Shown here piece after piece: positions 50,583 to 60,214 of a stretch of 64,000 bases of DNA. Position 1 is the first letter of the stretch. Each line of letters begins with the position of its first letter. The notes below the pieces were generated by a model. It was not told where the DNA came from. It saw nothing but the letters and a program-made list of their open reading frames with translations, and searched no databases. The DNA is from a virus: the IMG/VR virus record IMGVR_UViG_3300003690_003155, positions 1 through 64,000 of that record, one strand, 5' to 3'. Position numbers and translations under genes: made by a program.

Positions 50583-51851
50583 ATGACCGACAGAGATTTA
50601 AACTCTATTAATGAAGCTTTTATGAAAGCTACGAGTTCGAATACCGCTAAAGAGGGTGAAGAGCCGAAAAAACTTGTTACTGAAGATGTGGAGGATAGTC
50701 TTGACGAAACTGATTTCGGTGATCCTAGTCGTTATAGTGGTGATCGTTTAGATGGAGATTGGGACCCAGCACCTGGTGATATAGTAGAAGTAGAAGGTGA
50801 AGAGGAGGATTTTGTAGTTCTCGATATTGATGGAGACTATGTACATTTAGCTGCTGTGGGTGATGGAATAGAGGTTAAGAAAGATTCTATCGTGAAAAAG
50901 GAATATCCAGAAGCTACGGAATCACAGTATAGTGATCGTATACCAGTTAGAGTAAAGAGAGAGTCAATAACATTAAAGGAGAGAAAAATGGATTATTTAA
51001 AAAATATTATGAGCGAATATGAGGACACATTGTGTTCTAGTAAATATAAAGTTCGCGAGAAAAACGAGGTTGGTAAAGATCCGGTGAAGCCAGATGAATC
51101 TGTTGGAAAGAAGAAGATAAATGCGAAGACTCAACGACCAGAGGGTGAGGTTACGGAGGACGGCGCGCAACCTAAAAAGCAAAAAACGGTAGAAGATTTA
51201 CAGGTGCCCGTCGAAGCAGGAAACGAAGTTGTCGACAAAAAGGTAAAAAAAGAGAAGAAAGTTGCTAAGGAGAGTATAAATACTTGTAACAAAGGTAATA
51301 TTATGTCGGAAGATAAAACAGACGATAAGTCAATATTTGATAAGCTCTATGAGCAGGTAATGGGTGAAGACGATGATTTTGAACTCGGTCTAACTCCCGG
51401 TGATGATCTCGGTTTTGATGGCGAGGTTGATGACGCGCTCGGAGATGAAGGTGGCGAAGATGTCACAGTAACGTTAACCCCAGTACAAGCCGATGCTATT
51501 CGAGCGGTCGCTGATCAGCTCGCTCCTCCAGATGACGAGGAAGAGGATGAGTTTGGTGGCGACGAAGAGCCTGTTGGAGATGAAAACTTCGAGGGTGTTG
51601 AAGAGGATGTAACACCATCAACTGGTGTGCCTACATCTGATGGTAAGACACCTGGTACAGATCCTTCTGATGGTGGAGGTAAAGCCACTGATGTAGCTGC
51701 TGATAGTTTAGGCGGTAAGTCGACAGGTACAGGCGATGCCAAGGTTACTGACGATGAGACTACTGGTAAAGAAACTGGTGAAGGTAAAAAGCCAGGAGTT
51801 CACAAAGCCAGTGGTAAGCCCGGGCCGTTAAAGGCTAAGTCGAAGACCTAA
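50583..51851 (+). CDS. highly acidic late protein (scaffold/internal protein-like)
   Basis: MTDRDLNSINEAF leader; SH3-like insert; internal TATAAATA. Confidence 0.6.
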   Translation: MTDRDLNSINEAFMKATSSNTAKEGEEPKKLVTEDVEDSLDETDFGDPSRYSGDRLDGDWDPAPGDIVEVEGEEEDFVVLDIDGDYVHLAAVGDGIEVKKDSIVKKEYPEATESQYSDRIPVRVKRESITLKERKMDYLKNIMSEYEDTLCSSKYKVREKNEVGKDPVKPDESVGKKKINAKTQRPEGEVTEDGAQPKKQKTVEDLQVPVEAGNEVVDKKVKKEKKVAKESINTCNKGNIMSEDKTDDKSIFDKLYEQVMGEDDDFELGLTPGDDLGFDGEVDDALGDEGGEDVTVTLTPVQADAIRAVADQLAPPDDEEEDEFGGDEEPVGDENFEGVEEDVTPSTGVPTSDGKTPGTDPSDGGGKATDVAADSLGGKSTGTGDAKVTDDETTGKETGEGKKPGVHKASGKPGPLKAKSKT

Positions 51852-51875
51852 TACAATTAAAACATAATACCTTTG

Positions 51876-51906
51876 AAAGCCCCTTACAAATGTAAGGGGC
51901 TTTTTT
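51876..51906 (+). terminator. intrinsic terminator
   Basis: aaagccccttaca-aa-tgtaaggggc followed by a T run. Confidence 0.9.
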
Positions 51907-51920
51907 ATTAAATAATTAAA

Positions 51921-52232
51921 ATGTTATTTACGCGGAAATTTTTTGAAGCTTTAGGACTCCCGGATTTATATAAATTGAGAGGTAGTACAGGATCAGGAAG
52001 ATTGCATCAAAATTTATTACCAGCTAGTCATAGAACAAAACCTAATTCTTGTCATAAGCTAAAAAGATTAAAAGATGAGCAAAATGGAGTATTTCTTTTA
52101 AACGCTCAAGAAGTGCAAAGTATAAAAGAGTTATTTAAGATTACAGATTTAGAAAAGACAGGTTCTCGAAATTTAGGTAATACTGGAATAACAATGTATA
52201 TAACAGATAACAAATATTATATTAAAAAATAA
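51921..52232 (+). CDS. hypothetical late protein
   Basis: TAAATA 6 nt upstream. Confidence 0.6.
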   Translation: MLFTRKFFEALGLPDLYKLRGSTGSGRLHQNLLPASHRTKPNSCHKLKRLKDEQNGVFLLNAQEVQSIKELFKITDLEKTGSRNLGNTGITMYITDNKYYIKK

Positions 52233-52966
52233 TGGCATCAGCATGGAGTACAGATACAGCTACCGCGGTAAATTATCATAGCGATGCTGAGGATATTATA
52301 CGATTTAATAATAAATCGCTAGGTACAAACGAGCGTAATCAAACATATAAAAAATGGTGGAAAGAGCAAGTAAGATTATATGGAACTAGTGTTAGTTATT
52401 ATGTTCGAAAATTTGATCTAGATTTAACTGATAAAGTGTATGGTGAGAACCCATATGAAGGATATCAAACTCCGCAGACACTTACTATGTTAATGGATTT
52501 AACGGACGGTGCTATAACGTACTCTCAATATGGTTTAGTATCTGATGATGAATTAGCGGCTGTGATAGATATTGAAACTTATCAAAAAACTCTTTCTTCT
52601 TATTATGCTAGTTCGACAATTACGGAGCCAAATGCTGGAGATGTATTTCAATTAATTGAATATGGGGATGATCGGCCCGCTGGCCGTAACGGTAAGATAT
52701 TTGAGATTACTGAGCGATTAGATGAGAGTGTCAGAGAAATAAATCAATTACAAGGACATTATGTATTTAAACTCCGGGCACGGAGGAACGATCATACATT
52801 CTTACCAGGATTAACTGCAGAGGCTAAATCTACACAAGTAGTTGATGTATCAGGTGTTGGGCCGTTATCTGCTATTGAAACTGATTACATACATGATATA
52901 GATACAGAACAAACAACGTATTTTGACTATGGTACTAACGACGATGTGTATGGTGATTATTACTAA
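52232..52966 (+). CDS. neck/head-completion protein (gp14-like)
   Basis: EQVRLYGTSVSYY...DKVYGE...SQYGLVSDDE...PNAGD...FEIT. Confidence 0.65.
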   Translation: MASAWSTDTATAVNYHSDAEDIIRFNNKSLGTNERNQTYKKWWKEQVRLYGTSVSYYVRKFDLDLTDKVYGENPYEGYQTPQTLTMLMDLTDGAITYSQYGLVSDDELAAVIDIETYQKTLSSYYASSTITEPNAGDVFQLIEYGDDRPAGRNGKIFEITERLDESVREINQLQGHYVFKLRARRNDHTFLPGLTAEAKSTQVVDVSGVGPLSAIETDYIHDIDTEQTTYFDYGTNDDVYGDYY

Positions 52967-53156
52967 ACTCGTATTCTACATCTTTTAATACTGAGTGAAA
53001 TCTTTCGTTGATATATTTATTAATAGGTATTGGCTTAAGACAATCTGGGCTATGACCCAGTTTTTCTGCTTTATCAGAAATGATATTCACAGCTTCGAAT
53101 AAACATAACCATCGAGCTAAATGTGAATAATCTCTTGTTGGTGACTTATTTATCAT
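52935..53156 (-). CDS. hypothetical protein
   Basis: ORF coupled to the upstream gene. Confidence 0.5.
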   Translation of the reverse strand: MINKSPTRDYSHLARWLCLFEAVNIISDKAEKLGHSPDCLKPIPINKYINERFHSVLKDVEYEFSNNHHTHRR

Positions 53157-53535
53157 AAATTATTGTTGTAAGTAAAACGGTATTAATATCAATTACAATT
53201 TTATTAGCCGCTTTACATTCATCGCATTCAAATTCATTTTCTTCTGTTAGAGCAACATAGACATTATTCATTTTTTTACATTTTTGACATTCAGCTAGGA
53301 CTCGATTTTGTTCAGCTAATTGAGATAATACTAATGCTTCTTTTTCGAGATTTAATCGTGCTATATATCTAAGAATATTATTATAGAGAAGAAAAAAAAG
53401 TATTTGAAACCCTGTTGTACCTATTAATACCTGTATAAAAGTAGTAAGTGAAGGGTAAAATAAAAATGTAATACCGCTTATTGAACTCGAAATTAAAAAT
53501 ACAATTAATAAACTCTTAACTATCTGACTCATCAT
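53146..53535 (-). CDS. two-TM membrane protein with C-terminal Zn ribbon
   Basis: two hydrophobic helices; CQKC...CDEC. Confidence 0.6.
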   Translation of the reverse strand: MMSQIVKSLLIVFLISSSISGITFLFYPSLTTFIQVLIGTTGFQILFFLLYNNILRYIARLNLEKEALVLSQLAEQNRVLAECQKCKKMNNVYVALTEENEFECDECKAANKIVIDINTVLLTTIIYDK

Positions 53536-53881
53536 GATCTAAATCTTCTGACACTGATTTTATAAGATCCTGAATTTTTTGCAACTTAAAAGTTGCGGAT
53601 TTAACAATTTTTTTATTTAAGTGTACGGCGGGATTATCGGCAAGCTGATTTATTAAATACGTAGCATCTGATATGTTTTTAAAGGCACTACCAAGCTGTT
53701 CGATTAAGTGATCTCCTGGAAATGGTATTAAGTCAGCTTTAACTCGATTATAAGTTTTGGGACTTGCTTTTGCAATATCAGCTAATGTTTTTGTCGTAGG
53801 TCGAACATGTCTAGCCTTTACGTCTTTCCAATACTTGTTAGTATACTTATATAAATCTTCGAAAAGTATGCCTTTCATCAT
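53516..53881 (-). CDS. hypothetical late protein
   Basis: ORF; TAAATA upstream. Confidence 0.55.
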   Translation of the reverse strand: MMKGILFEDLYKYTNKYWKDVKARHVRPTTKTLADIAKASPKTYNRVKADLIPFPGDHLIEQLGSAFKNISDATYLINQLADNPAVHLNKKIVKSATFKLQKIQDLIKSVSEDLDHDESDS

Positions 53882-53901
53882 AAGTATTTAATAAATACTT
53901 A
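53881..53901. promoter_or_regulatory. back-to-back late-promoter motifs (perfect inverted repeat)
   Basis: TAAGTATTTA-A-TAAATACTTA between divergent genes. Confidence 0.6.
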
Positions 53902-53902
53902 C

Positions 53903-54307
53903 ATGGGAAAGTTTGAAAATAAATTTTTATCTTTACTTAAAGAAGATGAATTTGATGATCCGGTAAGCGCTATCGCCGCTGGTCCAGAAGATGATGCACA
54001 ATCTTTTGCTAATACTTTAGATGATCCTAGTAATGCATCTGAGTTCGAAGATGTAATCGATCAGCATCCTAATGAACTTAAGGAGCTTGAAGATTTACAA
54101 GAATGGATTGGTAATATTGATGAAGTAATAGAGTATCTTAATGGCGGAATTGGGAGTGTCTTAGGTCAATTGAGATCTGATAATAAAATTGGTACTATTT
54201 TTTCTGATGTTTCTGATGCTACAAAAAGCGAAGTACTTGATGTAGTTGAAAGATTAGCTAGTTTAAATCAAATTTTCAAAAACCTCTATCTAGAAAAACA
54301 TAAATAA
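53903..54307 (+). CDS. acidic hypothetical late protein
   Basis: MGKFENKFLSLLKE leader. Confidence 0.6.
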   Translation: MGKFENKFLSLLKEDEFDDPVSAIAAGPEDDAQSFANTLDDPSNASEFEDVIDQHPNELKELEDLQEWIGNIDEVIEYLNGGIGSVLGQLRSDNKIGTIFSDVSDATKSEVLDVVERLASLNQIFKNLYLEKHK

Positions 54308-54314
54308 TTATATC

Positions 54315-54668
54315 ATGGCTTACAGTACAGATCATATAAATCATTTAAAGCGGGTTGTCCAGGAAACAGCAGATGTGACAAGCTCGGCTAAACTCCATTG
54401 GAAGCACGCTAGCCCAGACGAGAGTGAGGCACTTGAAGCGGCATTTCATGCGGCTAAGAAGGCCCGGAAGTTTGCCACGCTGGAATTAGAAGCTGCTGAG
54501 GCTGAGAATGCACTTGCAGAGCCAATTGCTCCTGCTCCTGCACCACAACCCGAGCCGGTTGGTGACCTCACGATCGCTGAAGAGAAACATTTAAATCAGA
54601 AGTGGGGTTCATATTGTCGCCGTCAAGGTCGTAATCTGACTGCTAGACCAGAAGGGTGGGGAGAATAA
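54315..54668 (+). CDS. hypothetical protein
   Basis: ORF; TAAATA upstream. Confidence 0.6.
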   Translation: MAYSTDHINHLKRVVQETADVTSSAKLHWKHASPDESEALEAAFHAAKKARKFATLELEAAEAENALAEPIAPAPAPQPEPVGDLTIAEEKHLNQKWGSYCRRQGRNLTARPEGWGE

Positions 54669-54679
54669 TTTAAAATATT

Positions 54680-54985
54680 ATGTATTCAAGAGGTTCATAT
54701 ACAGTAGCTAAGCCAGTTTCGGCGTTTGGTACTACTAATAATACGACATATGGTTTAGGTGAAACGTGGGATGGTTTTATTGTTACTAAAGCTTGTACAG
54801 GGACTGTTACCATTACTCTTATTGATGGCTATAACGCACAAACGATCGACACAATCACGAGTCCTGCAGGGAAGGCGACGATGGTTCCGTTTGTGAATCC
54901 GCAACCAGGAACATACAACGTATCACTTTGTAAAGTTACAAATTCAGTCGGGTCTGAAAATGCTAATATTATCGTTTTTCAGTAA
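54680..54985 (+). CDS. small beta-rich protein, possible head decoration
   Basis: Thr/Gly/Val-rich ORF. Confidence 0.45.
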   Translation: MYSRGSYTVAKPVSAFGTTNNTTYGLGETWDGFIVTKACTGTVTITLIDGYNAQTIDTITSPAGKATMVPFVNPQPGTYNVSLCKVTNSVGSENANIIVFQ

Positions 54986-56012
54986 TTCTTGATAATAGTA
55001 ATTTACCTTTTAATTCACTATAACTATTTTTAATTATAAACCGTGATGAGATTTCGTCGCGGTTTATTTTTATGCATAAGTCATTAAAGTCTTTATATTG
55101 TAATAATTCTTCAGGCCATATAAAACATTCTTCACCCTGACTAAGTAATGAGCGAGTTTTCTCTTTTGCAGTTTGATCGCAATATTGATTGTCAAGTACC
55201 CAAATACGCTTATGAAATGGTTTCTGTCTTATTTGGTGTTCTTGCTTTTTAGTAAAACAAGATCTTCCTTTACTAATACCACCAACAGCAACTCCGTTCT
55301 TAACAAAGAAACTATCTATTGGTCCTTCAAATATAAAAATATAATCTAAATTATTGTCTACTTTATCAATATTAAATATTGTTTTATCAGCGCCTATCTT
55401 TGATAAGTATTTTGGTTTTGTATCTTTTTTATTTTGTTTTAATTTTCTTGATTGATAGAAGACGATATTTTTATCATCATAAAAAGGAATGATTATTCTA
55501 TTTTTGTGTACGAAATCATTTCTACAAAACCAAAGTGTCTTAGGCTTATTAATTGCTGTAAACAGTTTTCTCTCTTTACATGTAATAATTGCATGAGTTA
55601 TCATTGGTTCATGATTATAAAAATTACATTGAATGTTATCATATAAGTTAATACAATCATCTGGTAATGATGGTGGTGGTTTTTCAGGGGTAAGTGTATC
55701 TTGTTTAGTATCGATAGGTATATTAAATGTATCTATTTCCTTACATTCATTAATTATATCAATATAAGATTTACCTGTTACTTCTTGAACCCACTTAATC
55801 GGCGATCCAGTCCAGCCGCAATTGTGGCAAAAAATATGATCTTCCTTTACTATATAATAAAGACGTCTTTTTTTATTCCAAGATTTACCTTCCCTGCATA
55901 TAGGACATCCACCTTCATATACATTGGTTAATTTTTTGTACTTAGGGTATCCTGCGTACTGATAAAATTTTTCAACAATATACTCTTGTGGAATTACTTC
56001 ACTTAGATTCAT
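54969..56012 (-). CDS. gp61: DNA primase (T4 gp61-like)
   Basis: CPIC...CHNCG Zn finger; RIIIPF; KYL; FEGPIDSFF TOPRIM; KDFND. Confidence 0.9.
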   Translation of the reverse strand: MNLSEVIPQEYIVEKFYQYAGYPKYKKLTNVYEGGCPICREGKSWNKKRRLYYIVKEDHIFCHNCGWTGSPIKWVQEVTGKSYIDIINECKEIDTFNIPIDTKQDTLTPEKPPPSLPDDCINLYDNIQCNFYNHEPMITHAIITCKERKLFTAINKPKTLWFCRNDFVHKNRIIIPFYDDKNIVFYQSRKLKQNKKDTKPKYLSKIGADKTIFNIDKVDNNLDYIFIFEGPIDSFFVKNGVAVGGISKGRSCFTKKQEHQIRQKPFHKRIWVLDNQYCDQTAKEKTRSLLSQGEECFIWPEELLQYKDFNDLCIKINRDEISSRFIIKNSYSELKGKLLLSRITEKR

Positions 56013-56193
56013 CTACCGGGCGAGTACTAACTAGTACCTTTGAAATAAATTGACCGGTCATTGGATCAGTATAATGCGCTTCAGTACGAATTTCATTACC
56101 CATACGAATCTCTCTTATTACAGGAGCTACAGTAGCTCCTGATGGAGCAGTAATGGTGTGTGGATTTGGAACGTATTTAATTTTGTGTGGCAT
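55999..56193 (-). CDS. hypothetical protein
   Basis: ORF between rnh and primase. Confidence 0.55.
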   Translation of the reverse strand: MPHKIKYVPNPHTITAPSGATVAPVIREIRMGNEIRTEAHYTDPMTGQFISKVLVSTRPVDESK

Positions 56194-57088
56194 TTTTAAT
56201 TGCTTTGTTAATAATATTTATTATATTTTCATTATTATTAAAGGATTCTCGCCATGAAGTATAGTTTCTGACAATAGACCATAAATTTAATTTTTTAGCT
56301 TCTTCAAGAAATTTATTATAATTACTTTTAGTATTTTTGCTATCTTTTAATTGTTTTTCATATACAGGTACTTCATCTGGATAATAATCATATCCAACTG
56401 ATAGATCCATTAGTTGTAAATTTCTCTCATAAATAACCTGTTGTTGTTCTGTTAATTTAGTTAAATCTAATTTTTTAAATCGTGCTAGACCATATCTAGG
56501 AATCCCTGGTATATTATCAGATCTATCACCTGTAACTGCTCTATAATTTAAATATTGCTCTTTAGGTACTCCTGTATATTCTTCAAAATTTTGTAGTGTA
56601 ATTTCTTTCTTTTTAATAGGGCTATAAACTTTTGTATCTTGAGATATTGTTTGTAGTAAGTCCTTATCTGTAGTTACTATAACTTTTTTTCCTTTTAGGA
56701 TAGTTGAGAGCCATGCCATTAAATCATCAGCTTCCATTCTAAGCGGATACATATTATGTACTCCTAATAAAGCAATAACTTCTTGTATTTTTTCAGCGAA
56801 CTCAAGTACGTCTTTAAATTTGTCATTATCTCTGTTCGCTTTATATTGTACAGTTATCGCCTCACTTCTAAAATTAGTAGAAGGCCATTCTAATTTTTTA
56901 TCCCAGGTACAATAAATGTTTTCTGGTCTAAACTTATCAACATAAGATTTTAAAGATCGTAGAAATAAGAATATTTGGCCTGGACTATTATCTTCGTCTA
57001 ATTTAAAATTATTAGTCCAGAATATACGATATAAAAGATTGTTACCATCAATTATAAGATTATTTGTTCCACCAGTTCGCATTTTCAA
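56177..57088 (-). CDS. rnh: 5'-3' exonuclease / T4 RNase H (FEN family)
   Basis: IIDGNN, YKANR, EADD, DKDLLQ, GDRSDNIPG. Confidence 0.9.
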   Translation of the reverse strand: MKMRTGGTNNLIIDGNNLLYRIFWTNNFKLDEDNSPGQIFLFLRSLKSYVDKFRPENIYCTWDKKLEWPSTNFRSEAITVQYKANRDNDKFKDVLEFAEKIQEVIALLGVHNMYPLRMEADDLMAWLSTILKGKKVIVTTDKDLLQTISQDTKVYSPIKKKEITLQNFEEYTGVPKEQYLNYRAVTGDRSDNIPGIPRYGLARFKKLDLTKLTEQQQVIYERNLQLMDLSVGYDYYPDEVPVYEKQLKDSKNTKSNYNKFLEEAKKLNLWSIVRNYTSWRESFNNNENIINIINKAIKNATQN

Positions 57089-58058
57089 TATACCACATTA
57101 TAGTATGCTTTAAATCATTTTCAAATGTGTTTTCAGTTACAGAAAATTCTAATTGGGATCCTGATTTAATCATCATTGATCGATACATTGAGTCTCTTAA
57201 GCTATATCTAATATCATGACCTTTTCTATCCTCAACAAAACTAATAAAACTTGTTGATGTGTTTAATATTTTTAGTACAAGATATACAACATCAATATTA
57301 GGTATTTCTGAATGGTATTCTGAGTCAGGAGCAAGATTATATATTTGTCCTGCGGTGCCGCGTGTTAATACGTTATAGAGTTTTTCGCAATGATCTTTGA
57401 CGTACATCCATTGACGGACATTAACACCCTTCCCATATACTGGAATTGGTTCATTATTATTAACTTTTTGTATAACAACCGGTATAAACTTTTCAGTGTA
57501 TTGTCTTGGACCAAAGTTATTTGTACATCTTGTTATAACAATATCTTTTTTGTATGTTTTATGAAATGATAGGGCTAATAAATCTGCGCCAGCTTTTGTT
57601 GCTGAATATATTGACGATGGTTCTAATAAACTATATTCTTCGCTTGGTTCAGAATTAAGTTGTAAACTGCCGTATACTTCATCTGTACCTACTTGAAGAA
57701 ATCTTGTATTGTCGGGTAATTGTTTTAATAATTCATATACACCTACATAATTACTATCTATAAAGACATCACCAGCTTCGATACTATTATCTACATGAGA
57801 CTCTGCAGCGAAATTTACAATATAATCATATTCTTTATCTAATTTAAAATCCGAGATACTTACATATATTATATCTAATTTATTACTAGACTTTTTATAC
57901 ATGTCCCATAGATAGTCTTCTGTTTTTTCAGATACACAATATGCATAACTATCTATTATTGTTATTTTGCAATTTTTACATTTTTTATACAGTAATTCGA
58001 CGAAGTGACTTCCAATAAATCCTAAGCCGCCTGTTACTAAAATATTTTTATCTTTCAT
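57060..58058 (-). CDS. rmlB: dTDP-glucose 4,6-dehydratase
   Basis: GGLGFIG, AAESHVDNSI, TDEVYG, YSATK, DRKGHD. Confidence 0.92.
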   Translation of the reverse strand: MKDKNILVTGGLGFIGSHFVELLYKKCKNCKITIIDSYAYCVSEKTEDYLWDMYKKSSNKLDIIYVSISDFKLDKEYDYIVNFAAESHVDNSIEAGDVFIDSNYVGVYELLKQLPDNTRFLQVGTDEVYGSLQLNSEPSEEYSLLEPSSIYSATKAGADLLALSFHKTYKKDIVITRCTNNFGPRQYTEKFIPVVIQKVNNNEPIPVYGKGVNVRQWMYVKDHCEKLYNVLTRGTAGQIYNLAPDSEYHSEIPNIDVVYLVLKILNTSTSFISFVEDRKGHDIRYSLRDSMYRSMMIKSGSQLEFSVTENTFENDLKHTIMWYIENANWWNK

Positions 58059-58726
58059 GTTTTTAATGTGTTAAGTACTTTATCAATATTTTCTTTTGTT
58101 CTATGATCCCACCAATAATGATGAGCAAAACTATCGCGAATATTTGATTCTGAAGAGTGTACATTAGATACTACTCCTTCATTTAATTCCCCGTCAATAT
58201 TTTGTCTTATATGTGGATATTCAAAATATAAATGTTTTATCATTTCTTGATCATCAGCATTTGTTTGAGACCGGGGAAGTTCAGATATTGTTGTTGGTTT
58301 TAGAAAAGTGCATGTGTTAAAAAATACTCTACTAAATATTGTATTTTTTATAATCATAAACCCAGTACATAGTCCGTGAGTATCTGATGATATAGTTATA
58401 TCTTTATGTATTAAGTTTTTAGATTCATCGAATATATTATAAGTAGGGTCTTTGATAAGAATATCAATATCGGAATATATAATATAATCGTACTGGGGAC
58501 CGAGTTTTTGGCCGTGATCATATTGTAGTTGGTTTGTGATAAGACTTAGTTTTCGAAGACGGCATATACTTTTATCTATATCATCGATTAAAATATGTTT
58601 ATATTCGTAGTTATTAGCTATAGCATACTTTTTAAAATACGGCTCAGTACATTCATATAAATCATTATATATTGATTCTTTTGGTGAATTATGATAGGTA
58701 AGAAGTAAAATACTTTTATCTTTCAT
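58055..58726 (-). CDS. glycosyltransferase (GT34/Mnn10-like)
   Basis: KKYAIANNYEY, YIIYSDID DxD, LCTGFMIIKN, DQ, FAHH. Confidence 0.7.
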   Translation of the reverse strand: MKDKSILLLTYHNSPKESIYNDLYECTEPYFKKYAIANNYEYKHILIDDIDKSICRLRKLSLITNQLQYDHGQKLGPQYDYIIYSDIDILIKDPTYNIFDESKNLIHKDITISSDTHGLCTGFMIIKNTIFSRVFFNTCTFLKPTTISELPRSQTNADDQEMIKHLYFEYPHIRQNIDGELNEGVVSNVHSSESNIRDSFAHHYWWDHRTKENIDKVLNTLKT

Positions 58727-59639
58727 CTGCTAGCTCTTTCGTGAGGTAGGTTTCCTTTTCACTCAATATTCTCATTAACGCATCTCGCTCCTGTGGCATA
58801 TCTAATCCGTATACTTTTAATTTATCTGTTGATAGAATACAATTAGATCTGTTAGATCTGTTAGCAACAATATGTTGTTTTAATTCATCGTAATTAATAA
58901 ATTTCCAATTTGGATTCCATAGTCCATGTTTATCTAAGATTTCACAAACTTGTTTTGTTGAAAGAGGTGCAGGATTAACACAGTTATATACACCTCCTGG
59001 CAGGTCATGAATATTAATAATTTTATTAATTACAAGAAGTAGATCCTCAATAACAGTTTTAGAGTTTACTTCATCAAGAATATTATTATATTTTAAAATT
59101 TTACTTAAGTAATTTTTTTGTGAATTAAAGTCATTGCAAACTGGCATTCTTATTCTCAATGTATAAACATTATCAAAGTTGTGTAAGCATAATTCTGCTG
59201 CATGCTTTGTTTTACTATACCAACTACTATCAGGATTAGTTAGTCCGAAATTTGGTTCATCTTCTTCTGTGTAATGTTTTTCTCCATCGTATATACATCC
59301 AGAGCTTACATTAATAATTTTTATATTATGTTGCGCGCAAAATTGAGCTAAAATAATAGGAAACGTTACATTTAAATCCCAGCAAATCTGTTTATTTTCC
59401 TCACAGGCATCTACATTTGGACTTCCAGTATATCCGACACAATTAATTATCCATTTAGCGTCACATCCTCGAATTTCATTTAATATATTATTAAATAACG
59501 TTTCTTTTAATTTTCCGGGAGTCGTATACGGGTAATGACATAAATGAACTACGTCATGTATATCTCCTGAGGTATCCAAAAAGTATTTGTATGCCTTTTT
59601 GCCTATATAACCGTTCCCTAAAACAATTATCTTATTCAT
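58716..59639 (-). CDS. NDP-4-keto-6-deoxyglucose reductase (RmlD / UER1-like)
   Basis: GNGYIG, GYTGSPNVDACE, SSGCIY, YSKTK, LRIRMP. Confidence 0.8.
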   Translation of the reverse strand: MNKIIVLGNGYIGKKAYKYFLDTSGDIHDVVHLCHYPYTTPGKLKETLFNNILNEIRGCDAKWIINCVGYTGSPNVDACEENKQICWDLNVTFPIILAQFCAQHNIKIINVSSGCIYDGEKHYTEEDEPNFGLTNPDSSWYSKTKHAAELCLHNFDNVYTLRIRMPVCNDFNSQKNYLSKILKYNNILDEVNSKTVIEDLLLVINKIINIHDLPGGVYNCVNPAPLSTKQVCEILDKHGLWNPNWKFINYDELKQHIVANRSNRSNCILSTDKLKVYGLDMPQERDALMRILSEKETYLTKELADER

Positions 59640-59946
59640 TTCTAGTATTTGTTTGCTCTTGTATTTCTTTAAAAAAATCTAAACTAGACACTCTTCTTAG
59701 TAAAGTTTCTATAGCATCATAATCTTGAGGTGTTTTACCTGAAATAAGTAATACACTATCTCCTCTAATATCATATCCTACTAATATAAATGATTTTAAA
59801 TGTTCAATTAAATAATCATTAATAAATGACATGTCTTGTTCATTAATGTCATTTGATTCAATTGCATTAATATTTGATTTTAATAAATTATCGAAATTTT
59901 TACGTTTAGGTGTTGTTTTCTTCATTAGATGTAATTTGTTTTTCAA
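59632..59946 (-). CDS. hypothetical protein
   Basis: ORF within an operon. Confidence 0.55.
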   Translation of the reverse strand: MKNKLHLMKKTTPKRKNFDNLLKSNINAIESNDINEQDMSFINDYLIEHLKSFILVGYDIRGDSVLLISGKTPQDYDAIETLLRRVSSLDFFKEIQEQTNTRNE

Positions 59947-60214
59947 TTAATTTAGTTATAATTACCTCCATGCTATCTGTTTTTAATTGAAAGTTCTTAA
60001 AATGATTTCCGTCGTGCAATTCAAATTTAAAATCACCACTCCAATCATAATTAACATAACAAGTTATATATAGAGCTGCCGTTTTAGGGTTAACCATTAG
60101 TGTCCACCTACGTGAATCCTGGTGCGAATAATCAGAAAAAATTCTGTTGACAGTATATCCATTGTCTCTTAAGCGCTTAATAAAATAACCACATGTAGTA
60201 ACTTTATTTTTCAT
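59906..60214 (-). CDS. hypothetical protein
   Basis: ORF within an operon. Confidence 0.6.
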   Translation of the reverse strand: MKNKVTTCGYFIKRLRDNGYTVNRIFSDYSHQDSRRWTLMVNPKTAALYITCYVNYDWSGDFKFELHDGNHFKNFQLKTDSMEVIITKLIEKQITSNEENNT

